Below are positions 1 to 12,169 of a stretch of 32,638 nt of DNA, in pieces (the first letter of the stretch is position 1; each line of letters starts with the position of its first letter). The translations under genes and the position numbers were made by a program. Below the pieces are notes generated by a model. It did no database searches. It had not been told where the DNA came from and was given only the letters and a program-made list of their open reading frames with translations. The stretch is from Nemertoderma westbladi (taxonomy: Eukaryota > Animalia > Xenacoelomorpha): NCBI GenBank assembly GCA_032718475.1, contig JAUCBJ010006184.1, positions 1-32,638 on the forward strand, in the 5' to 3' direction.

Positions 1-745
1 TGAAAATTGATGTCAAACTTATTTAAATGGTTTACATTCTAAAATTCCTATTTTCTTACATTGGCCGCTAGGAGTAACATTGCATAAACTTCAAATTGGA
101 TATATAACTAAATTGGCTGAATTAATTGAATAGTATTTTTGGTGGACATGTCATGTATCCACTACCCACAGAAGGGGGGTGTATATCGTTCACATTAAAT
201 ACATTTAATAGTATAAATAATTATTTAGTACTTAGGAAAATGTTAATTAATTTAATGGTTCTGGAATTATGAAGTTTATTAAGAATATATATTATATATT
301 ATATGTATATGAATATATATTAATATATATATATTACTTACTATTGCGTTTCGGATTTTGCTCAAACTACATGGAAAGCTACAAACATTTTCTATTTCGA
401 TGCTCTTTCAACACATGTAATGAAGTTTAAGAAATTCCACCAAAAATATTTTCACATTTACATTTTTCGCCGGGAAAAGTAAGTTCAATGCAATCCTAGG
501 CCTACTGTATGATTAACTATTATTCCCTAGGGAAAAAAGTAGGTACTTCTTTTTCTTCACATTTTGAGCTATATTTGAGCTAACTAAATAGTAACATTAT
601 AAGAATAACATTAATATTCCCATAGTAACGGGTTGTTATGCCAGTTTTAAAAGAATGATGTCACTTAGAGTCGACCAACACCTATCTCCGCTCCACTATA
701 TCAAAGTATGGTCTAGAAAATGTAGTTTTGGCTAAGAACTGCATA

Positions 746-3010
746 AAAGTAAAGTAAAGTTATATTCAAACGTGTAAGAAGAAACACCCGAGGCAACAAC
801 CCAAAGACTCCATTCTCTTGGCTATTATCTGTAACGCAGGGAAGGCACCACACTACTCCCAAGGTCGAGTACTCTGGTTATCTAACCATATTCTTTACTC
901 CTTAACTCATGACAGGTTGCCATTAGCCTACAGTACAACTGGAAGCTAGCAACAATTTGGCTGTTCTGGGGCTTGACAGTGCCGGATTAAGCCTCTGGTG
1001 GCCCTAAGGCACATTTTAGTAATTTCCAAAAATGGCCCGAAAATTGATATTTTTCCGCAAACCCTTTCAAAAGAAAAGCTGCTAAAAACAACTTAAATTA
1101 TGAAAATGTTGCAAAGGAAATATAAATTATTTTCGTTGGATGACTGACTGCGTGCAAATAACTACTAAGAACTTTAATAATAAGTAGGCCTACTTCGCAA
1201 AAATAGTTTTCATCAAGAATTTTTAACATTACTAAACGGCATATTATATATGTATACGGGACCATTATATACCCCAAATCTATTTGTTTTATTTATAAAG
1301 CTACTATTCTGAAACTTTAAAACAATTATCTGTGATCTTATATATACTACAGTATTAAAACTGAGTATAGATACAGTAGCTTCATAAACCGTTTGGTCGA
1401 AAAATATGGCACTTTCTGAACAGGTCGGTTTTTTCAAAAATTCTATAAATTTGTGGCATTTATATGTAAATTAGCTCATGTTTAAGGATCCGTAATACCT
1501 TGCATTGAAGTTCTTGGTCCAAGACTTTGGTAAAATGGACCTAAAAATGTAGGCTATCTTCTATGATAATTTTAGCACAAAATTATTGTTTTTGAAAAAT
1601 TTATGGGGGTTTTAGTATTTCCGGGCTATATTTTGAGAATAAATATTTTGTGATAGACAAAGTGTAGCAGTTACAAAATCGGTTCTAGAAGATCCAAATG
1701 GCCATGTTTTACAAAACCAATGATAGTAGTCCTAAAGCTGCTGAACATTTTGTATATTGGATGACAATTGAGTAAAAAATAAAATAGTATATAGTAGGGA
1801 ATTTAGTGATGGAAAAAGTCAAAATCGACAAACTGATAAAAAGGTTTTTTATACAGAGAATCATAAATATCAGCAATTTAATTTTACGTTGTTGAAAAGA
1901 GCAGTTTTGAGGTCAAAAAATAATTCACTGTTGAAAACCGACATCACCTTTGAAAGCCCTTCTATCAAACTACAAAAAAGTGTGTAAATTTTCGAAAATT
2001 TCATTTCTGTAGTGGTTATACAGTAGTTGGCCCCCTTAAGGCTGACTGGCCCCTGCAAGCATTTAGCAATTTTGATCGGATCTTGGGAATGTGTTATTTG
2101 CTGTAGGTTTCGCAGGGTACTTATCTTTACAGGACTTACTGAGAAATATAACACACCAAAAGTGTGGGCTTAGTGCAAAGATATAATATTTCTGATCTAG
2201 ATTTGACTTGCTGAGAAAGTAATGTTCTTCGATAAGAGAACAGTCTCGGAAATAAGCACTTTTTGTCGCTAATTTTAATTTACCCCAATTCAATTGTGCT
2301 GTCCGAGAGTTTTAGGTTTTGCAGGAATTGCACCTAAAATGCCATCGAATACAAAATTCAATACATTAAGGGAAGAACATCTGAATTTCGGTTAAATTAA
2401 ATTACAGTAGTGACAAGAAATTACTTCTGAAATTATTTCTTTTTTTTTATCAACAACTAATTTATCCTTTTTTTTTTATCTATTAGGGCCTATATTTATA
2501 AAACTACAGTAGTTTCCGGTAAAAAAAATTAATTTCGCCCTACCATATCTCCACACCATATACATTTACTATGAACAGTATTTCCAGTACAGTATGTCTC
2601 ATTATTTGGTTGTACCAGAAAGTTTAAGAGCATAACTACAAATAATTCCCCACAAATAAATAAAATTAAATTCTCCACTGTTCATAATTAGCACTTTAAA
2701 GTTTTACTGCCCATGTTTTATTATTTCCCTGCCATCAGGTCTCGAACTAATAACACAGCACCTGTCGGTCGACTGAGCTAGAATTTTGCACTTTCTATCA
2801 CAAATTTAGGGATAGAAAGTAGTCGAAAGATGCACTTTCTTGCTCTGTTTCCGGACTTCTCAGATAAAAATATTTTTTCACAGGAATGACTCGCAAAAAA
2901 AAATGGCCCGTATTTTCGGCTGGCCCTAAGGCACGTGCCTTATATGCCTTAAGGTTAATCCGGCACTGGGGCTTGAACACCAGACCTTCCACTTAGAAGA
3001 CCGGTTAATA
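746..3010 (-). mobile_element. tRNA-derived SINE split by the hAT insertion (pieces ~746-976 and ~2969-3010)
   Basis: Removing the hAT and one TSD restores ...GGAAGGTCTGGTGTTCAAGCCCCAG (B-box-like) on the - strand; the element ends in an (ACTTT)n tail at 746-760. Confidence 0.6.
977..2968. mobile_element. Non-autonomous hAT-type DNA transposon (1992 bp)
   Basis: Perfect 14-bp TIR CAGTGCCGGATTAA / TTAATCCGGCACTG; 8-bp TSD GGGCTTGA at 969-976 and 2969-2976; subterminal direct repeats TGGCCCTAAGGCAC and AAAAATGGCCCG near both ends; no transposase ORF. Confidence 0.9.
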
Positions 3011-3421
3011 CTTTTTTTTTACTTTACTTTAATATTAAAACGTTTGAAAGTCTGTATTAAAAAGGAAACCGAAGAAAGGAGCGAACGTATTTAAACGACA
3101 TTCTTAGATATCTTTTTTTAACATTTAGAAGGAAGGAACTGGAGAAACGCCTCACTGCAGTACGAGGTAGTACGGTACCTTGCAGCCTATATAAATACAG
3201 GCCAAACTAGACCTATCTGCAGGGCTGCAGGCTGCAGACCTGGTACGGTGCGACTCTGGACTGTGACACTATGTAGGCCTACTGCGCCGGTACCTCTTCA
3301 TTTGCCGTGGAAATTGAAAGTTTAGTCATAGGTCAGTGCCGTCAGTATAAGTCGTCAGTATGAGTATGAAAATGAGGTGATTAATGAGACATAAATAGGC
3401 CTTGCTGTCTAGTGGAGCACA

Positions 3422-3485
3422 GCCCAATAATAATGAAACATGAAATACAAAACGCCCAATAATAATGAAACATGAAGTACAAAAC
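3422..3485. repeat. 32-bp tandem duplication
   Basis: GCCCAATAATAATGAAACATGAA(A/G)TACAAAAC twice, one mismatch. Confidence 0.85.
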
Positions 3486-5173
3486 TAGTTGGTGGTCTGA
3501 ATACCTGATTTACACCTGATGTGACACACAACAGACCTAAGACGAGTACAGCAGCATTACCGGTTCCTATGTTTGTATGTCAGTATGTAACACTTCACTA
3601 CTTCTAAGAGGGAATAACATGGTTATTTTGCCCTAGGGCAAAATAACTTTTTTGGCCGTAGCCCAGCATTAGGGATAGTTATCATCCCGCTAATAAATGT
3701 GTAACAACGACATATACCGGGCTAATAACGACCTACGCTGTAGAGTGTAGCTTTATTCGAAATATTTCACGATGAACGAGGTGTATTACCGGTATTTTGA
3801 AGTAATATCCTCTACTGGAATACAATGTACTATACACTTACACTGATAACTTTACTTTACTTACGTAGTAAATTATTACTTAATGTACAGCTTTTTTCGT
3901 TTGAATTCCCTGTTAGAACTAGCGTCAAGTGGGTGGGTGGGGGGGGTGGGGGGGGGGGGGGCTGTACATACACTGTACTGCTGTATGCAGACATACCATA
4001 CAACTGTACAATGTATCAAAGACACAGTACAGCACAGCTGATCAATAACCAGTATTTTCATGTATTTGTAGGCCTAACTTCTCCTGTTCTCTGCTTGTTG
4101 CGCCATCGGCGCTACAGAAATGGAATGCCATAGAACGCAACAGAATGTACAAGCCAATGGAATTAGAGTGGAATGTATAAACCAATCTTAGGTTGTTGCG
4201 CTGTTGCGCCAATGTTGTTCATTGGTTATAGGGCTGTTGCGCTGTTGCGTGTTTTCCAGGAAGCCCCTTTTCCCCTGGAGATTGTTGAATTTTGATTGCA
4301 TCTAAAAGCATTTTTGTTATTTATATAAATGTAGCCAAATCCATACCAAAGTTTTTATATCACTTTCAAACTCAGTTATATTTACAATCGTTTGATAAAC
4401 CTTTATCAATGACCATCAATCGGCCGACCCCGAGCTCAATCCACTCTGATAACTAGACAAAAAAGGTGAAAATTTCGTAATTGTTTCTAAACGTATTGTT
4501 CTCATTTCATTGATTTATAATAATTATATTGCCATTGCCGATGTTCTCATTCTGTGTTTCTACTATTTAACTTACTTTGATATCTTCCTGTCATTTAATA
4601 CAGCGACGTTTCTTAATAGGCCTAAGGTTAATGAAATATAATGTTTACTATCCATTTTTATATAGATAATATCAATTCAGTTTTGTCCTTTTTTGAACTG
4701 CATCTTATCATTTTTTTAACTTTTTTTTTGAAAATATAAATTGCTTTTTTCGCCCATTTTTTTTGGGAGGGCTGATAGTTTACAGGGTGCAGTTTTTGGT
4801 TTACAGGGTGCATTTTTTGCTCGTAACAGCTGTTATTTGCGTCCAGTTTCCTCTGAAAAAGGTTGAATTTTGAATACATAAAAAAAAGTACCACCGCGGG
4901 TTCTTTTACCCCCCGCCCCCGCTGCATTAATTGTATTAATAAAACTTTACATCTAAAATGGGAATGTAAAAAAACAAAAGGAACTTCTGATTAAATGATT
5001 TTAAACAAATCAATTAAAAGCAATATAAATTAAATCAATAATTTAATTAGAAAAGAAAATAAAAAGTAATAATAATCATTAATGCACCTTTGAGAAAACG
5101 CGGTTTGACTGTTTGTGTTTGTTCACGCTGGGAATGTCGTAGCCTGAATCTGTACACCGGCTTGGTTTCTAGT

Positions 5174-5179
5174 TTTATT
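5174..5179 (-). promoter_or_regulatory. Candidate HPS1 polyadenylation signal AATAAA
   Basis: tttatt on + strand, about 175 nt downstream of the HPS1 stop on the - strand. Confidence 0.5.
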
Positions 5180-5352
5180 AACCCCCAACATTATTGGACG
5201 AATCAGGTAATTCAAACCACATTGAAATCTGATCAGGAAGTATACCGTTTTGTAATAATGCGCATCTAGAATGGAGCTATCCATTGAAACCCGGATGTTG
5301 GGACACCGTGAAAGCCGCCGTAATTGGCCAAAATGACAAGTGGAGTGTTCCG

Positions 5353-6437
5353 TCACAATGGGGGGTCTGAGAATCCGGCACTGTTCGCTTGGAAGAACAT
5401 CCAAGCGAGTTGTTTGCACTGATGGGCCACATACTGCACCGGTACGACAGCGAGGTGGACGCAGTACAGCTCGTAGCAGCAAACACTCCCGGGCTGGGCC
5501 CCCGGGAAGTTGGCCTTAACCATCGCGGTATAAAAGTCTCCCCCTATGATCCCGGGGGAGGTTTCCTCGGGGATTAGCAGCCCGGAGGATTGGGGGACCT
5601 GTAGGGCGTTGCCCGCGGAGTCCTCGAACCACAGGAACGATGTATAGTAGAAGTGTTGGTACCGGAAACCGGTCGTGTAGAAACCCATGGTGAGATAGTC
5701 GCGGGACTTCTCCACCATTCGCCACAGCTGGGGTCTCAGTTTGGCGTGGGCGGCTAGTCTGGGGCCCGGTTCCGACGGGAGCAAGGTGTGCAGTGAGGGG
5801 GCTGTAAGTCGGTTCCGTGTGCGGTCGATGTACGCGAAGTGAACCATGCCGGGGAAGTCTTCCACGTAGTAGGTCATACTTAGGTTCTGTTGTGCTTTTG
5901 TGTCGAAGTATCTGGAGAAAATTGATAAACGCGACTTACATCGTGCCGAAAGTTCTAGGACCACGGCGCTTAACCGCGACTTTGTTTCTAACTTACGGGT
6001 TATATAAATTGAAGCGAATAGCTTCCGTAAAGAATTTATCATTGCTTCCAGCGCAGGTAATAATCTATCGTTTAATTTTCCGGTTAGGTGTGTCTTTAGA
6101 TATCCCTGGAATGTTTGGTCGGTTGGGGTGTTTACCTGCGGTTGTTTGATAAGATTAGACCATGCTTTATGCACGTCCAATAGTGGTCCACGCGATCTGC
6201 TGCTGGAGGACGTCACGAAATGACTGACCTTGTCCAAAAGGTTCTGCAACGCCGATTGGCTGTACAGATCGTCGGGTACTGCCGAGTGTTTGGCTTGAAG
6301 TTGTACCGATTCCAGCGTTGTAATGAGTTTGTAGAGACAGAGTGCCTGGTTTACCGAGTCCAGTTTGCATAGTATGATTAGGGTAGCCCCGGGGAAGAGC
6401 TTCACGCAATGCATAGTGTGTGGGTTGTATTTACTCC
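5353..6437 (-). CDS. HPS1: HPS1 last coding exon (longin 2 remainder and longin 3)
   Basis: Branch-like CTAAC, pyrimidine tract and ttccag| acceptor; TGA at 5353-5355. PHTMHCVKLFPG, DFPGMVHFAYIDRT, FLWFED, GIIGGDFY and CYELYCVHLAVVP match HPS1 PHTMYCLPLWQG, DFPGLVHFIYVDRT, FLWFEN, GMLGGDYY and CYELLALHLSVIP. Spliced CDS 2679 nt = 892 aa. Confidence 0.95.
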
Positions 6438-6681
6438 CTGGAAAGTGAAACAAAGACTTAGTTAGGTACAACTGCCGGTTAAAACAATGATTTTAAATAT
6501 TTTTTTTTAACTTTCAAGAAATAAAAAACAAAATATAATAACTTTTCTACTACATGTTTAATTTTACGGATCAAGGCAGGTTAGTAATGGCTGGAGTAAT
6601 GCCTGATAATCTCCACGAGTTATATTTATAAGACGGGGGGTAGTTAATAAAGTAGAGAATGGTTCGGTCCTGGTCTCTTAC

Positions 6682-7428
6682 CTGGAGACAGTAGAAACAC
6701 TGGCGCTGTGATGTAAGAAGAATCCTCTACACAGTCGCGTAGACTTTCCTCAAGCACAGGGTAGTAAGTCTCTGACGGACCTTGCTCAGGTTGCTGCTGT
6801 TGTTGTTGAGCAGTTGCGTCGGCCGTGTCATCCGGGGTGATTGTCTGCTCGAGATCGGTTTGTGAGTTGGAGTGGCGTTGCGCTGGAATACATTCCACTG
6901 AGTTCCCCTCGATATCTCCAGGTGAAACCTTATCCAACGTTTGATTATCAGTTATTCCGTCGGCACCGATCTGTGCAGAATCGTGTTTAGCTAACCCGGT
7001 TATTGGCGGGAAGTCGACCATTTGATCCGTGGTACCTGTAGGCGAGTAAACTAACTCTCGGATCCGACTTGTCGCAACACCGAATCGTATTGTTGGATCG
7101 CTTCTCGATCGTCCCACCACCGATTGCATCGATGGATTTGATTGCGAATCTGTGGCTGTTAGGGTTCTTTGTCGTCGATCTTGCATATTCTGGTATTCGT
7201 TTTGTACATTTGACCCGGTTGAGTTTGGGCTGGAGTTATCGGCTGATAGTTCTGAGATCGCGGGGTTTAGGTCTTCTGTGTTGTGTTGATCGCGTTCGAT
7301 CGAGGATGAACTTTGGTCTTCCACTAATCGGTTTTGCTTATTATTTGGTTTTATAGTTTCGATATCTTGGGGAGAGGAGATGGCGCTTAGATCCGTAACT
7401 ACTGGTGCGTTCCAGTTATCCTTTATAT
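6682..7428 (-). CDS. HPS1: HPS1 coding exon 5 (long low-complexity linker)
   Basis: Acceptor tttgttacag|AT, donor CAG|gtaaga; 747 nt open in phase 1 to 1 with both neighbours. S/T/D/Q-rich, ending TAPVFLLSP just before the conserved PHTMHC motif. Confidence 0.85.
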
Positions 7429-7686
7429 CTGTAACAAATAATTACGATTATATCGTAAACTAGCAGGCAATACCCGAGGCATGTTACCCGGTATTTCCCG
7501 CTACCGGCATAGGCCTACTGGCGTACTGGTACCGGTATAGGCCTACTGACGTACCGGTACCTAGTACCGGTACCGAACGTGAATTAAACTTTTCGAAAAG
7601 TGGCCTATAACGACCGCTGGTTAAAGTTATACACACATGCCAAGTTCCAGCGCAATCCCTCTGCCCGTTTTGGAGGAGTTCGAACA

Positions 7687-7732
7687 CAGAGAGAGAGAGA
7701 GAGAGAGAGATAGAGAGAGTGAGAGAGACAGA
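7687..7732. repeat. (GA)n microsatellite in HPS1 intron 4
   Basis: Interrupted agagagag run. Confidence 0.9.
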
Positions 7733-8032
7733 ATTTGATTTTTATAGGTATAGATAAATACATTAAAATTGTATTAACAATAATAATTATCAGTTTGGGA
7801 TTGGGAGGTAAAATGCTATGGATGGGAAGATAAAAATATACATTTTTTATTACCTTTTTGAGAAAAATTGAAATAAAATAAATTGTATTATAAAAATTAA
7901 TTAATAAACTAAGTAAATAAGCAACACCCTAAGACATGTGTTAAATATAAAGAATAGGCCAGATATGTTTAATATCCGGCAGTATTTCCGCGAATAATCA
8001 GCTGGATATCCTCACCTGTTCGATTGACTTAC

Positions 8033-8219
8033 CATTATCACTGCTAGTATCCGTTTGAGATCGACTGTTGTGCAGACTCCCAACCGCACTGATATATTCC
8101 GACTGTTCCATGTCCGAGGTCTCGTTGAGTCCTGCTGACGATTCGTCCTTACTCGCCCCGAACAATGTCTCCATAAATATGGATAAAACCATAATATCCG
8201 GAGCGAATAAATCAACTAC
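8033..8219 (-). CDS. HPS1: HPS1 coding exon 4
   Basis: Acceptor tttttatgtag|GTA, donor ATG|gtaagt; 187 nt, phase 0 to 1. VVDLFAPDIMVLSIFMETLF corresponds to HPS1 SSLRPADLLALILLVQDLY, followed by a Ser/acidic linker. Confidence 0.88.
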
Positions 8220-8500
8220 CTACATAAAAAAACATTTAATCGTTTGATAATCGCAGTGTCATCATTTATACTTGTTACTTTTTCTACATCATGAACGAAT
8301 CAGGAATTTTGATTTTGTGTTTAGTTTTTTTTAATAAAATTAATGTTTCTAAAATTATATTGTAATCGTTTTAATTTTCCAAATAATTTATGTTGAGTTT
8401 CAATTTGTCGTATGATTTCGGTATTCAGCACTACGATTCATTATATAAGTCATCTCATTCTTAAGTCAACTCATTTGTAGGATAAGTTTCGTAAGTTTAC

Positions 8501-8677
8501 CTTGTGGTGGGAATACAATGCAAGAAGTTTGGTGTCCCACAAAAGTAATGCGTGGACAGAATTAGAGTCGTATTCTCTCATCCTTTGTATGACACCATCC
8601 AATAGGGTGAGACATTGTTCTTTAATTGGGCTTCCAACATGGAGACATTCCACTGCTTCAAACATCACCGATTGCTC
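8501..8677 (-). CDS. HPS1: HPS1 coding exon 3
   Basis: Acceptor tgttgcag|GAG, donor AAG|gtaaac; 177 nt, phase 0 to 0. EQSVMFEAVECL...HALLLWDTKLLALYS matches HPS1 EQCFAVEALERL...HAFLLVHSKLLAFYS. Confidence 0.93.
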
Positions 8678-8922
8678 CTGCAACACAAATATTTGCGTCC
8701 TGTAATGTATTTTTATCTACTTGGAAGAAGTCTATCGTTTATACAAAATTTATTATGAATTGCACAAGCTGACACGGTCAAAAAAAGGATTACTCACAAA
8801 GACTCACTAGACTAGGCTAATATAGCCCTCGCATCCTTAAATCATCAGCCATATTTCAATGTAAGTTTTGTAATGTTATATTTTAATGTAATATTTCTTC
8901 TTAAGTATTATAATTACTCTAC

Positions 8923-9206
8923 CTTATCGTAAAGCGATCGCCAAGTACCCAACATCGAATGGAGCAAGTTCCATCTGTTGTGTCTCTCGGATTTGCTCTT
9001 TAAGCACTGATGAGCGGGACCGTATAGGAACTGTAGCATCCGTTGCAGAATACCCAACTCTCTGTCTAGAAAGCCTCGGGACGACTCATTGCTTAGCGAT
9101 AGATACAACAGGTCCGTGGAGTGACGGCAGACAAGATTCCAGCCCTCTGTGGTTGTGATGGCTTTGTATTGCTCCCCAAGGTCGTCCATGAGTGATGTGT
9201 ATGAAC
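8923..9206 (-). CDS. HPS1: HPS1 coding exon 2
   Basis: Acceptor ttgaag|GT, donor AAG|gtagag; 284 nt, phase 1 to 0. GSYTSLMDDLGEQYKAITT...RWNLLHSMLGTWRSLYDK matches HPS1 (SSMTMLEKLSDTYTCFST...LWEHFQSLLWTYSRL). Confidence 0.9.
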
Positions 9207-9637
9207 CTTCAATATAATTTATTTATACCGGAACATTAATGCATTACTCAGACAGGTTATACTACTAGCGGCTGCATCAACCCCACTTATTGTCATAACC
9301 CTAAGTAAGATATTTTGCTGAATTTCTTAGATTATGAATTCGCGTGATGGTAAATATTTTTGTTATAGGCCTATACTGATATACATCATTCATTAGGTAA
9401 GGTTACATTACAATTTTAGTTGGGTTGATGTCCAACCATCTAACCATAACCAAAATAATAAACTTAATACAAAATCCATGGATGGCTTACAGTTAACACA
9501 GGCAAACATGGCTATCGAGGCTATAGCTAATACTGCTGTATAGCCAAATAGTATAGAACCGACAAAAGGAGAAAGTTATTGTTTGGAATAATATTAATGT
9601 GATCGAATTCATCATGGAATAATTAGGTGAAACTGAC

Positions 9638-9836
9638 CTATAAACGGTCTAAGGAGGCGTTCTATAAAAGGTACTCCTTGCTCCTCGAATTGCGGTCGCT
9701 TAGTGACACCCCCTTTACCCAGCATTGTCTTCCATTCCTTGTGTATAAGGCTGTCGATATGAGCCTGGAAGGCATCATCGTAACTGGCAAATATAATCTC
9801 CGGTACGTATTTAGCAGTAATTACAACCAGTCGCAT
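9638..9836 (-). CDS. HPS1: HPS1 (BLOC-3 subunit) coding exon 1
   Basis: ATG at 9836; MRLVVITAKYVPEIIFASYDDAF resembles the HPS1 first-longin N-terminus (human [22 protein letters not shown]). Ends at donor AG|GTCAGT; 199 nt, phase 1. Confidence 0.88.
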
Positions 9837-11187
9837 AGTTCCGCTCCAAATTAATATTGACTAGAAATTCATTAACTCGGAATAATGTGGTCCGATCTGA
9901 GTAAATAGTTCCATCTTGTAGACCCTATGCCTTTTATTATCGGATTATATATTACCTGTATCACCAGATGTCATAGTTTACTATTTCACTTCCATTTTGA
10001 GTTCGACGACTATTCATTTAGCTGTTTAGCAATAGATTCCTTGGTTGATATGAGAATGCGATCAGACGATACGTAGACTATAGGCCTATACCTGAATACC
10101 GGTAACATAGGAACCCAAAATTTCCTACTTCACTTGTGCGTACATTACTAGGCTACTGTACTACTTCAGTACTTACTGTACTGTACCTTTTCTGTGCCGC
10201 CTTACCACCCACCGGTACCACCAGTACTCAATGGCTGCCCTGCATGGAACATATTTATCACCACCACATAGGCCTAGTACTGTAGTATCGGTACATAGTA
10301 TGTAGTATTGCCATGAGTATTGTGTGCGGTCATCCTGAATACAAAAATATAAGAGCCCTTCCGGCAGTACGGGTTCAAATCAATACAGTACCGCACCAGT
10401 AACACTGCTGCACTGCCTGACTGCAGGACTGTATCATAGAATAAAAATGAATTACTACTATCGGTACTACTGCAGTACTGCAGTACCTGTAACATAAAAT
10501 CTAATTGAAATGTATAACACGATTGAAATATTCCCCATTGCATGATTGCAATGTTTGTTATTTCGGTCAGCTGGTGTGAGTGTAGAGTATTGCTTTCATA
10601 TGGAACCTCTGTCCGACCAATCCCGTGCGTGCTTTGCAGAGTTGGTTGTCATTGGTAGTTGAATAAATTTTTTGTTAGCGCCATCGCTTAATTTTTGGGA
10701 GAACAGACTTGGCGTGTGCAGAAATTATTATTTGGCTAGAAACACCCAAACAATAGAATGAGGTGTACAAAAAAACTGAAAAAGGTGTCCTGTGTTGGTG
10801 TGTTTTTTGTTAAATTGCTGGCGCATTCAAAAGATCTACCATCATTAGCTGTTTAATAATTGGAAAATGACGTCACAATCAGAAGCTGTATAGCTCGATT
10901 TTGACTTCTTAGATTGACTTTTTTGATTCGCACTAAGTAAAATCATTTTATGTAGTTTCAGCTATTGATTGGTTTGATTAATTCTTGTCTATGCATTCTG
11001 CTATTCAAATATATGAATGTACAGAAAAAAATTAATAGTTGGCATATTTCAACCAGCGTGTCATAAATGTCCAACAATTACTCATATAATAATTTACATA
11101 ACAAAATTATGGAAATAAAAATAATTTATATAATAATTTACTTTGTATATTTGATAAATAATTTTTCCTAAATTTGTTTGACTATAG

Positions 11188-11376
11188 GAACCCGATGTTT
11201 TACGGAAACTGAGCCAGGCGCCGGTGTTTGATCTAACTGTGCAAGAGAAGCTCAGCATTATCGTCGTGTTATGCGAACAGCTGTTGACCCACGTCGCCAT
11301 TAGAGACACCGTTGAGGACTCTGCCGACAGTGTACGGGCTGCCAGATACAAGTTAAAGAATATGCAGTTTGCTGAG
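11188..11376 (+). CDS. BAZ1A: BAZ1A/ACF1-like internal exon, WHIM1 motif
   Basis: actatag| ... GAG|gtcagt; 189 nt, phase 0 to 0. EPDVLRKLSQAPVFDLTVQEKLSIIVVLCEQLLTHVAIRDTVEDSADSVRAARYKLKNMQFAE resembles human BAZ1A NPSLVKKLSSTSVYDLTPGEKMKILHALCGKLLTLVSTRDFIEDYVDILRQAKQEFRELKAE. Confidence 0.87.
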
Positions 11377-11457
11377 GTCAGTGAAAATATCTTTTAATTT
11401 AAACATTATTCGGATGTGAGCATGTTCTGTGCACTTTTCTTTGCACTTGAGAGTACC

Positions 11458-11709
11458 GTGTCGCAACTTGGTGTAGTGGTGCATTGAATACACATCTCTC
11501 GGAGGTCGTGGGTTCAATCCCCGCATGGGGGCACTAGGCTACTGGGCATGACACATGTCTGCCTTGCATCCTGAACTGTTAGCTAAATGAGTACTATAAT
11601 TTCATCTGGGGAGTAAAGTTATGCGGGGGGACTGCACGGGAAATAAGTCGTGGGACTTTGTGCGTAATCCCTGGTTTAACGGCCGAAGAAAATTTAACTT
11701 TACTTTTAC
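11458..11709 (+). mobile_element. tRNA-derived SINE
   Basis: A box TTGGTGTAGTGG (~11468), B box GGTTCAATCCC (~11511), central GCCTTGCATCC...TAAATGAGTAC...CTGGGGAGTAAAG reminiscent of the Nin/Deu SINE domain (from recall), and an ACTTTACTTTT tail. Confidence 0.7.
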
Positions 11710-11966
11710 ATTAGTAGTAAGTTTACCATTATATGTAAACCGCGTTATTCCGCGTAATTGCATTTTGATAGATTTACAACCGACGTTTCTGGAATAAAGA
11801 TTCCTACAAATACAAGAATACCAGTGAATGAAATGTAGTTGTTTTTATTCCCTCAAATACAAGGATACAGTGAAACATAGTTAATTTAATTGGACAAATT
11901 GTCGGACGTTCCTGTACACGTTCGTGTGGTCTTCGCGCAGCACAAGACTGCTACATGACAAATTAT

Positions 11967-12051
11967 TGCCACGGGTAGGATTCGAACCTACGCGGGAAAA
12001 TCAAATTGGATTTCTAGTCCAACGTAGTCCCTACGACTCGACCAACACTGC
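11967..12051 (-). pseudogene. tRNA-Ser(AGA) pseudogene or tRNA-derived repeat head
   Basis: Minus strand: intact anticodon arm TTGGA-CTAGAAA-TCCAA, long variable region, intact T arm GTAGG-TTCGAAT-CCTAC; the D arm is disrupted and the acceptor stem has two mismatches. Confidence 0.75.
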
Positions 12052-12169
12052 TCGAGATAAAAGGCGCATACTGCCATTTTATGGAGGCTGAACTGTTATT
12101 CTTATTTCATACTTACCGGTGCACAGTACCAGTACCGTACTGGTATGTCATTACTTCGGAGTCTCTAGC

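Noticed and set aside
1213-2992. Short ORFs inside the hAT element as transposase remnants
   Set aside because: No recognisable BED zinc finger, DDE or dimerisation motifs; they look like chance AT-rich ORFs.
3129-3166. Possible 38-nt upstream BAZ1A mini-exon (tttag|AAGGAAGG...TACGAG|gtagta)
   Set aside because: Phase could fit the 11188 exon, but the donor is weak and the peptide shows no convincing BAZ1A similarity; unresolved without RNA-seq.
5123-9854. Alternative-frame and antisense ORFs overlapping HPS1 exons
   Set aside because: Shadow ORFs of GC-richer coding sequence with no recognisable motifs.
10580-10642. Short ATG-initiated frame as a first exon for the + strand gene, divergent from HPS1
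   Set aside because: No good phase-0 donor and no homology; the 11188 exon encodes a motif from the middle of BAZ1A, so a start here is unlikely.
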